Origin: Candidatus Heimdallarchaeota archaeon
GTDB taxonomy: Archaea > Asgardarchaeota > Heimdallarchaeia > Heimdallarchaeales > Heimdallarchaeaceae
Length of the DNA: 32,000 nucleotides
Assembly: GCA_030668875.1 (NCBI GenBank)
Contig: DAOVER010000002.1
Coordinates: 30,001-62,000, forward strand
Direction of reading: 5' to 3'
Both the position numbers and the translations under genes were made by a program. Each line of letters begins with the position of its first letter. Position 1 is the first letter of the stretch. The notes beneath the pieces were generated by a model. That model was not told the origin of the DNA. It did no database searches and was given only the letters and a program-made list of their open reading frames with translations. This document shows, in pieces, positions 17,880 to 27,353 of this stretch.

Positions 17880-18350
17880 TTAAGCCAGATTAAGGAGAAT
17901 GAATGCAATTAGTAAACCGTAAATTGCTAAAGCTTCACCTAGCCCTAAATAGATAAGATTTGAAGTGAAAACTTCAGAATTTGCAGTTAATGACCCAATA
18001 GCCGCAGGTTCTCCCTTAGTTAAAGTTATAGCAGCTCCTATATTAGAAATGATCATTATTGCCATCGCTCCAAGGAAAATGAATCCTTGGGTTTCTGTGA
18101 ATTCTGCTTCTGCCACTCCGGTAATCGCATCACTTAGTTTTGTATACATAATAAATGCAACCAACAACCCGTAAATAGCTAGTGCTTCAGCAAGCGCTAG
18201 ATATATTAGAATGAAAATATTCAGTCGTTGCTTTTCTGCGACAGCAGCAGCTGCAGCTTGAATCCCTTTAGCTAAAGGTATGCCAGCTCCAATAATTGTG
18301 AGCATTGTACCAGCAATTGCAATAATTCCTAATAGTATACTATTTACCAT
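17880..18350 (-). CDS. atpK: A/V-type ATP synthase proteolipid subunit K (c), duplicated 4-TM form
   Basis: Two hairpins, LAEALAIYGLL (E55) and LGEALAIYGLL (E139). Confidence 0.95.
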   Translation of the reverse strand: MVNSILLGIIAIAGTMLTIIGAGIPLAKGIQAAAAAVAEKQRLNIFILIYLALAEALAIYGLLVAFIMYTKLSDAITGVAEAEFTETQGFIFLGAMAIMIISNIGAAITLTKGEPAAIGSLTANSEVFTSNLIYLGLGEALAIYGLLIAFILLNLA

Positions 18351-20370
18351 CCTTACTCAAATCCATTGTTTTATTAAATATAAATATTGGTTTATGTTGT
18401 ATTCCGCTACCTTCATAGAATTTACTGAAAAATTCATAGAAATGTAATCTTAAAGTTTGAACGAATACTAGAAGCCCTTCTAGAACTAACACAAAGATAT
18501 TTCCGATTAATAGGATTAAAATTTGCCACACGATAAAACCAGAAAGATCTGCTAATGTGTTGATAACACTAAGAAAAACAAAATGAGCTACAAGCATAGC
18601 AAGCATTCTGCCGTAAGAAATAGTATTGCTTGTGAAAGAACTAAATGATTCTAGTAAATTCATCACACCCATCCCAATTCCACCAAAGAATTTTCTGAAA
18701 AAGTTTTTCCTCTCATCCTTTATAATTAATGCAGCAATACCTTGACCAAAAAGTGCTAAAGTCACACCCAAAATCAATGCAACTAATCCCACAATAGCAG
18801 GAATTTCTACACCAAAATTAATGATGTCAAGAGAACTTAAGAAATAGAGGATACCCGCATATAGAAAAACTTGGGCTCCAGTTTCTTTTATTATTTCCTC
18901 AATCTCTTTATGTCTAATTTGATTAATTAATCGAAGAGTCAATCCCAGCACCAGTTGTATTGCACCAATAATTAGTACAAGATTGAAAATCTCAATTAGA
19001 CTACCAACTGGACTTAAAGCTGGATAGTGATATCCAAATAATTGAGGATTTGTCCAACCAAAGATGTCATGAGAAATTCCATATCCAAAAAATTCACCAA
19101 AGACAAAAGCACCCCAGATAAAGGAAGTTAGTCCTATAGAAAAAACTAGAATAAACATAGTGCGGATATTACTCTTTAACCCCTTAGCTAGCATTCCCAA
19201 TATGCCTATTAGCATGAGAATTAGACCATGACCAGCGTCTCCGAACATAATTCCATAAAATATACTAAATGTAAAAACAAGGAATATTGTTGGATCTACC
19301 TCTTTTGATGAAGGTAACCCATAAAGTTCAACAATAGATTGAAATGATTTCATTATAGGGTTCTTAGCTTTTTTGATAGGTACATTTCTTGTTTCTTCAT
19401 CTGGTTCTTCAGTTTCAAAGACTGTTTCAGAGAACTCTGAAATAAAATCTTTTATGTAATTTTGATCCTTTTGAGCAATCCACCCTTGGAAAATTACTGT
19501 TCTTTTTGTTTTCTTTGAAGTTACGTAAATCCAAAGCAACTGTTTATAACTCTCAATTGATAATCGTAAAGACATTATTTTTTCCTTATTTCGAATAGTA
19601 TATTGTTTTGAATCTTCCTCAAGTTTCTTAATTTCCTTCTCTAAATCCTTAGATCTTTTAGCAATTTCCTTCTCAATCTCCAATTTACTGAAATGAATGT
19701 GACCACTATATTTGTGTTCCATCCATCTAACTGTTGATATTGTTTTGAGAAACCTTGTGATTTCTCCCTTTTTACCCTGAGCATAAATTAAAAATTTATT
19801 GTGGACTAATGGAATGATTTCTTTCTTTGATAAATACTTGACAAACTCTTCAGCATCTGATGCTTTTGATGTAGTTAATATCCCTATAATGGCTCTCTCT
19901 TTCTCATTAACTTGGTACGGAAATTCTTCTTCAAGTAATCTAAAACCTTTAGAGACTAGATTCTTTGTTTCGAGTTCATTTTGACTAGTTTCTATTCTTG
20001 TGATTAGCTTGTGTATTTCATTATTTGTTTTTTCTATTTCTTCAATGATTTTTTCCTCAATCTCTTCAATGTTTTCCCAATTAGTAAATAATGGCTCTAA
20101 AGGAGGAATTTTTTGATAAGCTCTAGCTATTTTTTGAGAAAGTTTCTCTTTGAGTTCAGGAAGCATTTTCAACAAATTCTCAAACGAGCTCTCTATACGT
20201 CTGATAGAATCAAGTTTGGTTGTTGGAAAGTAGTCTTCTAATTCCTCAATTATTGTAGTTTCTTTAGGCATGAATTTTTCAGTTTCCGCCAGCTGAATTA
20301 TTAACTTGGGGAAGTCTTCTATTGGAACTATGATCGTTGCCTTCAGCATCGTTTGTGGAAATAAACTCAT
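18340..20370 (-). CDS. atpI: A/V-type ATP synthase subunit I (a)
   Basis: YGLP..KEVDPT, FYGIMFGDAGHG, SNTISYGRMLAMLVAH (essential Arg) and QTLRLHFYEFFSKFYEG. Confidence 0.97.
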   Translation of the reverse strand: MSLFPQTMLKATIIVPIEDFPKLIIQLAETEKFMPKETTIIEELEDYFPTTKLDSIRRIESSFENLLKMLPELKEKLSQKIARAYQKIPPLEPLFTNWENIEEIEEKIIEEIEKTNNEIHKLITRIETSQNELETKNLVSKGFRLLEEEFPYQVNEKERAIIGILTTSKASDAEEFVKYLSKKEIIPLVHNKFLIYAQGKKGEITRFLKTISTVRWMEHKYSGHIHFSKLEIEKEIAKRSKDLEKEIKKLEEDSKQYTIRNKEKIMSLRLSIESYKQLLWIYVTSKKTKRTVIFQGWIAQKDQNYIKDFISEFSETVFETEEPDEETRNVPIKKAKNPIMKSFQSIVELYGLPSSKEVDPTIFLVFTFSIFYGIMFGDAGHGLILMLIGILGMLAKGLKSNIRTMFILVFSIGLTSFIWGAFVFGEFFGYGISHDIFGWTNPQLFGYHYPALSPVGSLIEIFNLVLIIGAIQLVLGLTLRLINQIRHKEIEEIIKETGAQVFLYAGILYFLSSLDIINFGVEIPAIVGLVALILGVTLALFGQGIAALIIKDERKNFFRKFFGGIGMGVMNLLESFSSFTSNTISYGRMLAMLVAHFVFLSVINTLADLSGFIVWQILILLIGNIFVLVLEGLLVFVQTLRLHFYEFFSKFYEGSGIQHKPIFIFNKTMDLSKDGK

Positions 20371-20378
20371 TTCATCAC

Positions 20379-21014
20379 CTAGTTGAATAAATACTCGTTA
20401 ATCTTTGTTCTAATTATATCTCTGCTTTCTTCTAATAAATATTCTATTGTATAGTCTATTCTAACTCGTTCTTCTTTATCTGTAAGAATAAAACCTCCAG
20501 ATGTTACTAATTCTGTTATTTCTATGATAAATTTAACATTCTTTTCTTTTTCAAGTTTTGTAACAACTTGCTTAATTATGCTTTCATCTCTTTTGTCAAT
20601 TAAAAGTTTCATATCTTTAGATTGAAATGCCCTTTGAGTTGATTCCAGCTTACTTTCAAGATATTTTTTGTATTCTGAATTTTTTCTGAAATTTGACAAA
20701 TCTTTTTCAACTTTCTCATAGACTTCATCAATCAGTTTCTCTTTGGTTTGAATTCTTATTCTTTTTGCTTTTTGTTGATATTCAGCTTCTGTTCTCTTTC
20801 TAATATATTCTAAACGTGGCAATTCTTTTTCCAGTTCTTTATCTTTTATTTCTGAAATAAGTTCTTTTGTTTCTTTCTCAAAGTTTACAAGCTTTTTTCG
20901 AGTCTCTTCCCTCATTCTTTTTGCTTCATTTTCTGCTTCAGAGATAATTTTCTTCAGTAGATTATCTAAGTTTGTAGAGGAATGTTCTTCTCTTTGTTTT
21001 TGTTTATCTACCAT
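20379..21014 (-). CDS. atpE: A/V-type ATP synthase subunit E
   Basis: KIISEAENEA coiled coil and C-terminal GGFILTDKEERVRIDYT domain. Confidence 0.93.
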   Translation of the reverse strand: MVDKQKQREEHSSTNLDNLLKKIISEAENEAKRMREETRKKLVNFEKETKELISEIKDKELEKELPRLEYIRKRTEAEYQQKAKRIRIQTKEKLIDEVYEKVEKDLSNFRKNSEYKKYLESKLESTQRAFQSKDMKLLIDKRDESIIKQVVTKLEKEKNVKFIIEITELVTSGGFILTDKEERVRIDYTIEYLLEESRDIIRTKINEYLFN

Positions 21015-21023
21015 TTTATCACT

Positions 21024-21461
21024 TCACACTGGATAGAGTAGTACTGGAATAGATGCTATTTCAATAACGTACCTAATATGATTTTTTAACAACCTTTTTG
21101 CTATTCTCACTCTTTTCGTACCCATTGTAATAAAATCCACTTCTTCTTTCAAAGACGCTTCAATAATTGATTCTGATATTATTCCCGTTTCAATACTATA
21201 GGTGATATAAAGATGAGAATCAGAGTAAATATTAATGATTTTTTGTAACATATTTTCACTTTCAATTTTACATTTCTTTTCTACATCTTCAGTAGTTTTC
21301 CCTCTAAAGTTTGCTAGATACTGAACTGTTTCACTATCAATAACATTAATTAGATGAATCTCAGTAACCCAGTCATCAAAAAAGTCGACGATTTGTTTGA
21401 TTAAGCTTATTCCACTTTCAAAATCACTTATAGCAACTAGAGCTTTTTTAATTATTAGCAC
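21024..21461 (-). CDS. Universal stress protein (UspA family) embedded in the ATPase operon
   Basis: KKALVAI; IHLINVID; G..SESIIEASLKEEVDFITMGT; RYVIEIASIPVLL. Confidence 0.88.
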   Translation of the reverse strand: MLIIKKALVAISDFESGISLIKQIVDFFDDWVTEIHLINVIDSETVQYLANFRGKTTEDVEKKCKIESENMLQKIINIYSDSHLYITYSIETGIISESIIEASLKEEVDFITMGTKRVRIAKRLLKNHIRYVIEIASIPVLLYPV

Positions 21462-22098
21462 CTCTTTTTCTTAATTTTTTTTCTTCTAGCTTACTTTTCA
21501 ATTTCTTAATAGTGTAAATGTTCTCCAATTCATATGATTCAAGAGCATCCTCGATAAATTTGATTATATTTCGGAATCTTATTCTATATACTTTGTCTAA
21601 AGCATTCAGATTTAGTTGTATTGATTGTAAATTGCTCATGATTCTAAAAGCAAGACTCTCAATTTCAGCAAGCTGAATAATTTGATGAAATGTTTCTCTA
21701 AACCTTTCAGCTGTTATCCATAAAAGACTTGATATTCCAAAAAAACCATAGGAAGTATCAGGAAGATTTTCTACTTCTAAATTCATGTAATCAACGCCCA
21801 TATACTCTGTAGGCATAGAATGAATTTCAACTTCCTTAGGTATTGTGTCACTAAAAACATTGATCATTTCTCTTCCAAGCTCTGATTCTGTTTTAATATA
21901 TTCAATGTAAGCTTCACTGAGACCTTTTTCCATCTCTATTCTTGAAGTAGCTACTTCTGCAGTTATTATATGCAATTTCATTAAGAGAGCTTCATATTTT
22001 TCTCGTAAAAGATCATATGCTCTTTCAACCAACTTTAGTTTCCTCTTATATTTGAGCAAATTGTCTTTTGTTGGTGAAACGGTAATAGCTTCTCTCAT
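21448..22098 (-). CDS. atpD: A/V-type ATP synthase subunit D (central stalk)
   Basis: SPTKDNLLKYKRKL..AYDLLREK and QLAEIESL...NALDKV...IKFIEDALE. ATGA overlap with the atpB stop. Confidence 0.92.
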   Translation of the reverse strand: MREAITVSPTKDNLLKYKRKLKLVERAYDLLREKYEALLMKLHIITAEVATSRIEMEKGLSEAYIEYIKTESELGREMINVFSDTIPKEVEIHSMPTEYMGVDYMNLEVENLPDTSYGFFGISSLLWITAERFRETFHQIIQLAEIESLAFRIMSNLQSIQLNLNALDKVYRIRFRNIIKFIEDALESYELENIYTIKKLKSKLEEKKLRKRGANN

Positions 22099-23489
22099 TT
22101 GTCTTTTTCAACTCGATTGAATAGATGTTTTTCAATTTCCTCTGAAGATAATTTGGTGAGTTCTGAAACTGGAAGTAATGACAAAAGTGACCACCCTAAC
22201 TCTAATGACTCTTGCATCGTTCTCTGAGCGTCTCCTTGATTAATAAATAATTCTTCAAATTTCTCAGAAAATTCCAAATAAACTTGATCAATACGATTTA
22301 ATTCTTTCTTTCCAATAACTTCAGCCAATTTTCTTTTATCTACTCCTTCTGCATATGCTGCATATAGTTGATCGCTTAGACCTGGATGATCCTTTCTTGT
22401 GAATCCCTCACCAATTCCATCCTTCATAAGTCTAGAAAGTGAACCCAGGACATCTATAGGTGGATAAATCCCACTTGAATGAAGTGATCTGTCTAGAATA
22501 ATTTGCCCTTCTGTTATATAACCAGTTAAATCAGGAATTGGGTGGGTTATATCATCATTTGGCATTGTTAAATTAACTAGAAGGGTTATGCTACCATTTG
22601 AACTCTCTACTATGCCTGAACGTTCGTAAAGCGATGCTAGATCGCTATACATGTATCCTGGAAAACCTTTTCTTGCAGGAACAGTTTCTAAAGCAACTGA
22701 AACTTCTCTTAGTGCTTGACAATAGTTGGTGATGTCTGATAAAATTGTAAATACATGATAATCTTTTTCAAAAGCTAGATATTCTGATGTTGTTAAAGCA
22801 ACTCTAGGCGTAAGAAGCCTTTCTGCAGCTGAATCACTTGCTAGATTAGCAAACATTACAACTTTATCTAGAGTTCCAGTCTCTTTGAATAAATGCTGAA
22901 AATAGATATAATCATCCATGGTTAAACCCATTGCTCCAAAAACAATTGCAAAATTTTCTCCTTTATCTTCTTCAACTATTCTTGCATGTCTAACTATCTG
23001 TCCAATAACTCTATTGCTGGGCAATCCTGCACCAGTAAACACAGGGAGTTTTTGCCCTCGAACAATAGTATTCATAAGATCAATTGCAGATATGCCTGTT
23101 TCTATGTAATTTTTGGGATAAACTCTTGAAGTTGGATTGATAGGTGCTCCATTAACATCTAAAAATTCGTCTGAATAAACTGCTGGCAGACCATCAAGAG
23201 GTTCTCCAAGAGAATTAAATGTTCTCCCAATCATACTCTCTGAAACAAAAAGTTGCATTGTTCTTCCAAAGAACTGTGTTTCTATGTCATCTTTATTTAT
23301 TTCATAAGTTCCTTGGTATAATAGAATTATTACTCTTTCTTCCTCAATAGCTAAGACTCTTCCTTTACGAATTTGATTGTCATGAATTTTAACTTCTAAA
23401 TATTCTCCCATTTGTATCCCTGATACACCATCGACAACTATCAATGGTCCTCGAATTTCCGATACTCCTTTAACAGTTATTCTTGCCAT
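22095..23489 (-). CDS. atpB: A/V-type ATP synthase subunit B
   Basis: TGISAIDLMNTIVRGQKLP, ERLLTPR, PGYMYSDLA.LYER, THPIPDLTGYITEGQI and SLSRLM. Likely start is ATG 23489. Confidence 0.97.
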   Translation of the reverse strand: MARITVKGVSEIRGPLIVVDGVSGIQMGEYLEVKIHDNQIRKGRVLAIEEERVIILLYQGTYEINKDDIETQFFGRTMQLFVSESMIGRTFNSLGEPLDGLPAVYSDEFLDVNGAPINPTSRVYPKNYIETGISAIDLMNTIVRGQKLPVFTGAGLPSNRVIGQIVRHARIVEEDKGENFAIVFGAMGLTMDDYIYFQHLFKETGTLDKVVMFANLASDSAAERLLTPRVALTTSEYLAFEKDYHVFTILSDITNYCQALREVSVALETVPARKGFPGYMYSDLASLYERSGIVESSNGSITLLVNLTMPNDDITHPIPDLTGYITEGQIILDRSLHSSGIYPPIDVLGSLSRLMKDGIGEGFTRKDHPGLSDQLYAAYAEGVDKRKLAEVIGKKELNRIDQVYLEFSEKFEELFINQGDAQRTMQESLELGWSLLSLLPVSELTKLSSEEIEKHLFNRVEKDK

Positions 23490-23496
23490 TATGTTA

Positions 23497-26400
23497 TCAA
23501 ATCCTGTTCCCACATCTAGAACCAACTTCTTCCATTTCAGAATGGATATAATCCTCAATCTTATTCAATTGTATAAGATTCTCATTGCTTACATCTTCCT
23601 TCATTCTTTTAAGAAAGTGAACTGATTTCAATGAGGTAATTAAGGAAATAGGACAACCATTTTTGATAAGAATGTCAGCTCTTTGATAAAAGAGAAGTAT
23701 TAACTTCATCATTTTCATTTGTTTGTCTAATGGGCAAAAAGTATCAACTGGATGGAAAGCGCTTTGTTGTAGTATTCCACTTTTGATTATATCTGCTATT
23801 AGAATTATCAGTTGTTCATCTGAAGGAAGTGCTTTTGCTCCTATTAACTCAATAATGTGTTGCAATTCTTCATCCTTTATAAGTAAATTCATCATTTCTT
23901 GACGATATCGGCCCCAATCTTCTAAACCGGATTCAAGCGCCCATTCTTCTATCTCAGATATATATCCAGAATAGCTGCTTAACCAGTTAATTGAAGGAAA
24001 ATGTTTCCTGTTAGCTAAAGTTGAATCTAATCCCCAAAACGTTTTAACGAATCTCTTTGTATTCGCCGTTACTGGTTCACTAAAATCTCCGCCTGGTGGT
24101 GAGACAGCTGCAGTAATGTTGATTGACCCTTCACGATATGGAGAACCAATTGGTATAACCTTACCGGCTCTTTCATAGAAATTCGCTAATCTTGTACCTA
24201 GGTAAGCTGGAAAACCTTCCTCTACAGGTAACTCTGCTAACTGTCCTGATATTTCCCTTAAAGCTTCAGCCCATCTGCTTGTACTGTCCGCTGTTAATAA
24301 AACGGCATACCCTTGATCACGATAATATTCTGCCATCGTTATGCCCATGTAGATAGATGCTTCCCTAGCAGCTACAGGCATATTGGAAACATTTGCTAAA
24401 AGAATAGTTCTAGCCATTAGAGGATTATCAGTATAAGGATCAATTAGTTTTGGAAACTCCCTTAAAACATCTGTCATTTCATTCCCTCTTTCTCCACAGC
24501 CTATATAGACGACAACGTTGGCATTACTCCATTTTGACATTTGGTGCTGAATGACTGTGTTATGAAGGACAAATGGCTCATTTCCACCTATAAAATTGTG
24601 ATATTTTTCGACAACTAGATCATAAACTTCTTCATCCCAATTTAACAATTCTATTGCTTTTATTTCATCAAAATAGAATTCTGAGTGTAGTTGTTTGATA
24701 TAATCTAACCTTTGAACTATATCCAAAGATTCTTCTGGACTATCATCCTGATTCTGTTCTTTTATTAAATAAATTATATCTTCTAAAGTTTTGTTGGTGA
24801 TTTTCCTTCCCGTTGAAACATTTTTAATAGCGGTAAGAGCTTTTGATTTCCTAGGGTTGGAATGTGAGTTGATAAATAGTTTCTTACTTTCAGTTAAGAG
24901 ATTTATACTAATAGGGATAGCATCAGAAGAAATAAAATGATCGATGTTTTTTATTGTATAGCCATAAATTTTCTTTGTCTTTTCATATTCTGTTACGCCG
25001 TGCATCTTGAATAGATGTCCTAATTCTTCTAATTGGGAACCTTCAATTGATATCCTATAATAATCATGGTCCTTAACAGTCTGCTTAGTTTTTCTATATA
25101 TAATGTTCAATCTGCTTAATATATAACATAAACCTGAAGAAATGCTCTTACTTGCTGTTGCAATTTCTAATGTATATCCTTTTACATAACCATCCCCAGC
25201 TATGTAGGCGTTCAGAAAATGTATCAAATCTTCATCCTCAGACATTTGAATCAAATCAGGTACAGAGGCAGTTCTAGATTTCTTTTCTGAAGGGAAATTA
25301 AGGTATTGAAGGAAAATTCCCACAGGTCTAGAGTAGAATACGGTTGTTTTAACGTTGTTCTCGACCCTTTCTTTAGATTTTGAATCAAACAGGATTTGAA
25401 CAAGTGTTGAAAACCTCTCTCTAATTTGATTATCATTGTTATATAGATACATTGTTTTGTAATTGGTTATTCTGCCATCAGATAGAAGCAATCCAAGAAA
25501 TTCTGCTAATTCTGGATTCATTTCATTAGGTAGTTTAACGCTGTCACTTTGCCTTTCAGCTTTAACAGTCTTAAAATTGATTTCTTTTTTTGTTATCCTT
25601 TGAAGTTTTTTTATAAATCTCAATGTTGGATTATTTATACCATAATAAAACCCATTAAAAACATCAGCTGAAACATTTAATTTTTCTGCCATCTGTATAA
25701 GCGAAATATTATTCAAACTAATATATTTATCAACACTTTCTCTGATTTCCTTTATAGCATTTTTATCAGCTGTTCGTAAAGAATCATCTATATCATAAAC
25801 ACTTATTTTCTTTCTTGTGATGTTCTTATAATGATAACTTAGTTTTCTCGGACTTAAAACAAACTCACCGACATTAAGTTTTTGAGATTCTTTTTCTATA
25901 CTTTCTTTTCCATCGAAAATTTGCAACTTATGGAGTGGTGTTAAGGTTACACTTCTTCCTTTCTTTGTAGTAACTCTTATCATTTTACTGCTGTAACCTT
26001 TGTACAAATGAGTAGCTTTGCCTTCAGTTATATATCCATCTTTTTGATTGAATGATAATACTCTTAGAGGTTTTTTTAACCTTATCAAAGTTTCATCATC
26101 AGAATCTTTCTCAACTAAGTTATCACCATCTAGAGCTTCTTTATACAAATCTTCAATCTTCTCTAGGTTTCCTTCTTTGCGCAGAATTAGTGTATCACCA
26201 GATACACATTTACCTGTTCCAAAACCTCCTGGAATTGCTGCAGTTCCTCCTTTTGCTATTGGGAAAAACATATCTATTATTCTCTGACCTGTGATGAGCG
26301 GTTCTGATACAGGTAGTTTAGTTGAAAATGGTCTTGCGATTCTTACTGGCCATTCATGCATTAAACTTATTTCTTCTTTCTTCCCATCATTGTTCTTGGA

Positions 26401-26949
26401 TAGAAGAATTGGTTCAATAATAGTATAATCACCCTTCTCCTGAATCTCAATTAGCTCTCCAGAGAAGTCAGGAGGAGCCAAAATTTTACTGATGATTGTC
26501 TTTGTTTCTTGAACTTCTCCAAGAACATCCCCCCCATGAATAATGTCTCCTTTCCCTATTTCTTTATTTGGTTCAAATTGCCATTTCTTTTGTCTGTCTA
26601 GAGCATTTATCCTAATTCCTCTTCTGATGAAATCGGATTTAGAAATCTGTTTAATCCTATCTAAGGGGCGTTGTATGCCATCAAAAATATTAGAGAGCAA
26701 TCCAGGTCCCAACTCAGCTGTTAGTGATTTGCCAGTAGGATAGACTGGGTCATTTATTCTTAATCCTTCAACAGGTTCGTAGACCTGAATTGTAGCAATG
26801 TCTCGTTCTACTACGATTACTTCACCTACCAATCGTTCCTCTCCCACGTAAGTAATCTCACCCATTCTGTATGAAGAAAGACCTTTAACTTGTACTATTG
26901 ACCCATTTATTGAAACAATGCGGCCATCCTCTTCCTTAATGACAGACAT
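23497..26949 (-). CDS. atpA: A/V-type ATP synthase catalytic subunit A, intein-containing
   Basis: Walker A PGGFGTGK|TV split by the intein; [32 protein letters not shown] and [13 protein letters not shown]. Likely start is ATG 26949. Confidence 0.98.
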   Translation of the reverse strand: MSVIKEEDGRIVSINGSIVQVKGLSSYRMGEITYVGEERLVGEVIVVERDIATIQVYEPVEGLRINDPVYPTGKSLTAELGPGLLSNIFDGIQRPLDRIKQISKSDFIRRGIRINALDRQKKWQFEPNKEIGKGDIIHGGDVLGEVQETKTIISKILAPPDFSGELIEIQEKGDYTIIEPILLSKNNDGKKEEISLMHEWPVRIARPFSTKLPVSEPLITGQRIIDMFFPIAKGGTAAIPGGFGTGKCVSGDTLILRKEGNLEKIEDLYKEALDGDNLVEKDSDDETLIRLKKPLRVLSFNQKDGYITEGKATHLYKGYSSKMIRVTTKKGRSVTLTPLHKLQIFDGKESIEKESQKLNVGEFVLSPRKLSYHYKNITRKKISVYDIDDSLRTADKNAIKEIRESVDKYISLNNISLIQMAEKLNVSADVFNGFYYGINNPTLRFIKKLQRITKKEINFKTVKAERQSDSVKLPNEMNPELAEFLGLLLSDGRITNYKTMYLYNNDNQIRERFSTLVQILFDSKSKERVENNVKTTVFYSRPVGIFLQYLNFPSEKKSRTASVPDLIQMSEDEDLIHFLNAYIAGDGYVKGYTLEIATASKSISSGLCYILSRLNIIYRKTKQTVKDHDYYRISIEGSQLEELGHLFKMHGVTEYEKTKKIYGYTIKNIDHFISSDAIPISINLLTESKKLFINSHSNPRKSKALTAIKNVSTGRKITNKTLEDIIYLIKEQNQDDSPEESLDIVQRLDYIKQLHSEFYFDEIKAIELLNWDEEVYDLVVEKYHNFIGGNEPFVLHNTVIQHQMSKWSNANVVVYIGCGERGNEMTDVLREFPKLIDPYTDNPLMARTILLANVSNMPVAAREASIYMGITMAEYYRDQGYAVLLTADSTSRWAEALREISGQLAELPVEEGFPAYLGTRLANFYERAGKVIPIGSPYREGSINITAAVSPPGGDFSEPVTANTKRFVKTFWGLDSTLANRKHFPSINWLSSYSGYISEIEEWALESGLEDWGRYRQEMMNLLIKDEELQHIIELIGAKALPSDEQLIILIADIIKSGILQQSAFHPVDTFCPLDKQMKMMKLILLFYQRADILIKNGCPISLITSLKSVHFLKRMKEDVSNENLIQLNKIEDYIHSEMEEVGSRCGNRI
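24559..26208 (-). mobile_element. Intein (550 aa) with LAGLIDADG homing endonuclease, in the AtpA P-loop
   Basis: Block A CVSGDTLI; block B TLTPLH; blocks C and [13 protein letters not shown] and [10 protein letters not shown]; block F VYDLVV..HNF; terminal HN followed by extein Thr. Removing it restores GTGKTVIQHQ. Confidence 0.97.
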
Positions 26950-27041
26950 ATATCTAAATCTGATTTGAATGTTAAGTATTTTGCTGTTCAACAATTAGCA
27001 TAAAACCTAAACTTTTAAACGCAAATTCAAGTAGTCTAAGT
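26950..27041. promoter_or_regulatory. Divergent (possibly bidirectional) promoter region between atpA and atpF
   Basis: 92-bp gap between the two start codons. It contains cttttaaac near 27014-27022, which reads TATA-like on both strands. Confidence 0.45.
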
Positions 27042-27353
27042 ATGGCTGACCTTGAAACTACCAAAAAAGCATTTGTCATCGGGGCAAGAGAAACTGTTAG
27101 GGGTTTCAATTTAATTGGTGTTCCAGGAAAAGAAGTTCATGATTCTGCTGAAGTTATGGAAACATTGGAAGAAGTGCTTGAACAAGATTATAGTGTCATA
27201 ATTCTTTCTGCTTCATATACATTTGAAATCGAGAACCAGATAATTGAATTAAGAAAAAATGTTCGGACTCCTATTGTAATTGTTTCAGATGTCAATATGC
27301 AAGTTGATGTTAAGCAAATTGAGAAACAATTTAGATCATTTGTTGGCATTTGA
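27042..27353 (+). CDS. atpF: A/V-type ATP synthase subunit F
   Basis: FVIGARETVRGFNLIGV, DYSVIIL, PIVIVSD and C-terminal ..SFVGI. Confidence 0.93.
   Translation: MADLETTKKAFVIGARETVRGFNLIGVPGKEVHDSAEVMETLEEVLEQDYSVIILSASYTFEIENQIIELRKNVRTPIVIVSDVNMQVDVKQIEKQFRSFVGI

Noticed and set aside
23490-23558. Longer N-terminus for atpB given in the track
   Set aside because: It overlaps the atpA 3' end. Family similarity begins at ATG 23489 (MARITVKGV).
24559-26208. Reading the atpA insertion as a gene fusion or pseudogenisation
   Set aside because: The frame is uninterrupted, has canonical intein termini (C...HN|T), and its removal restores the Walker A motif.
26950-26994. Extra 15 N-terminal residues for atpA given in the track
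   Set aside because: There is no similarity to subunit A. The region is better explained as the divergent promoter/UTR.
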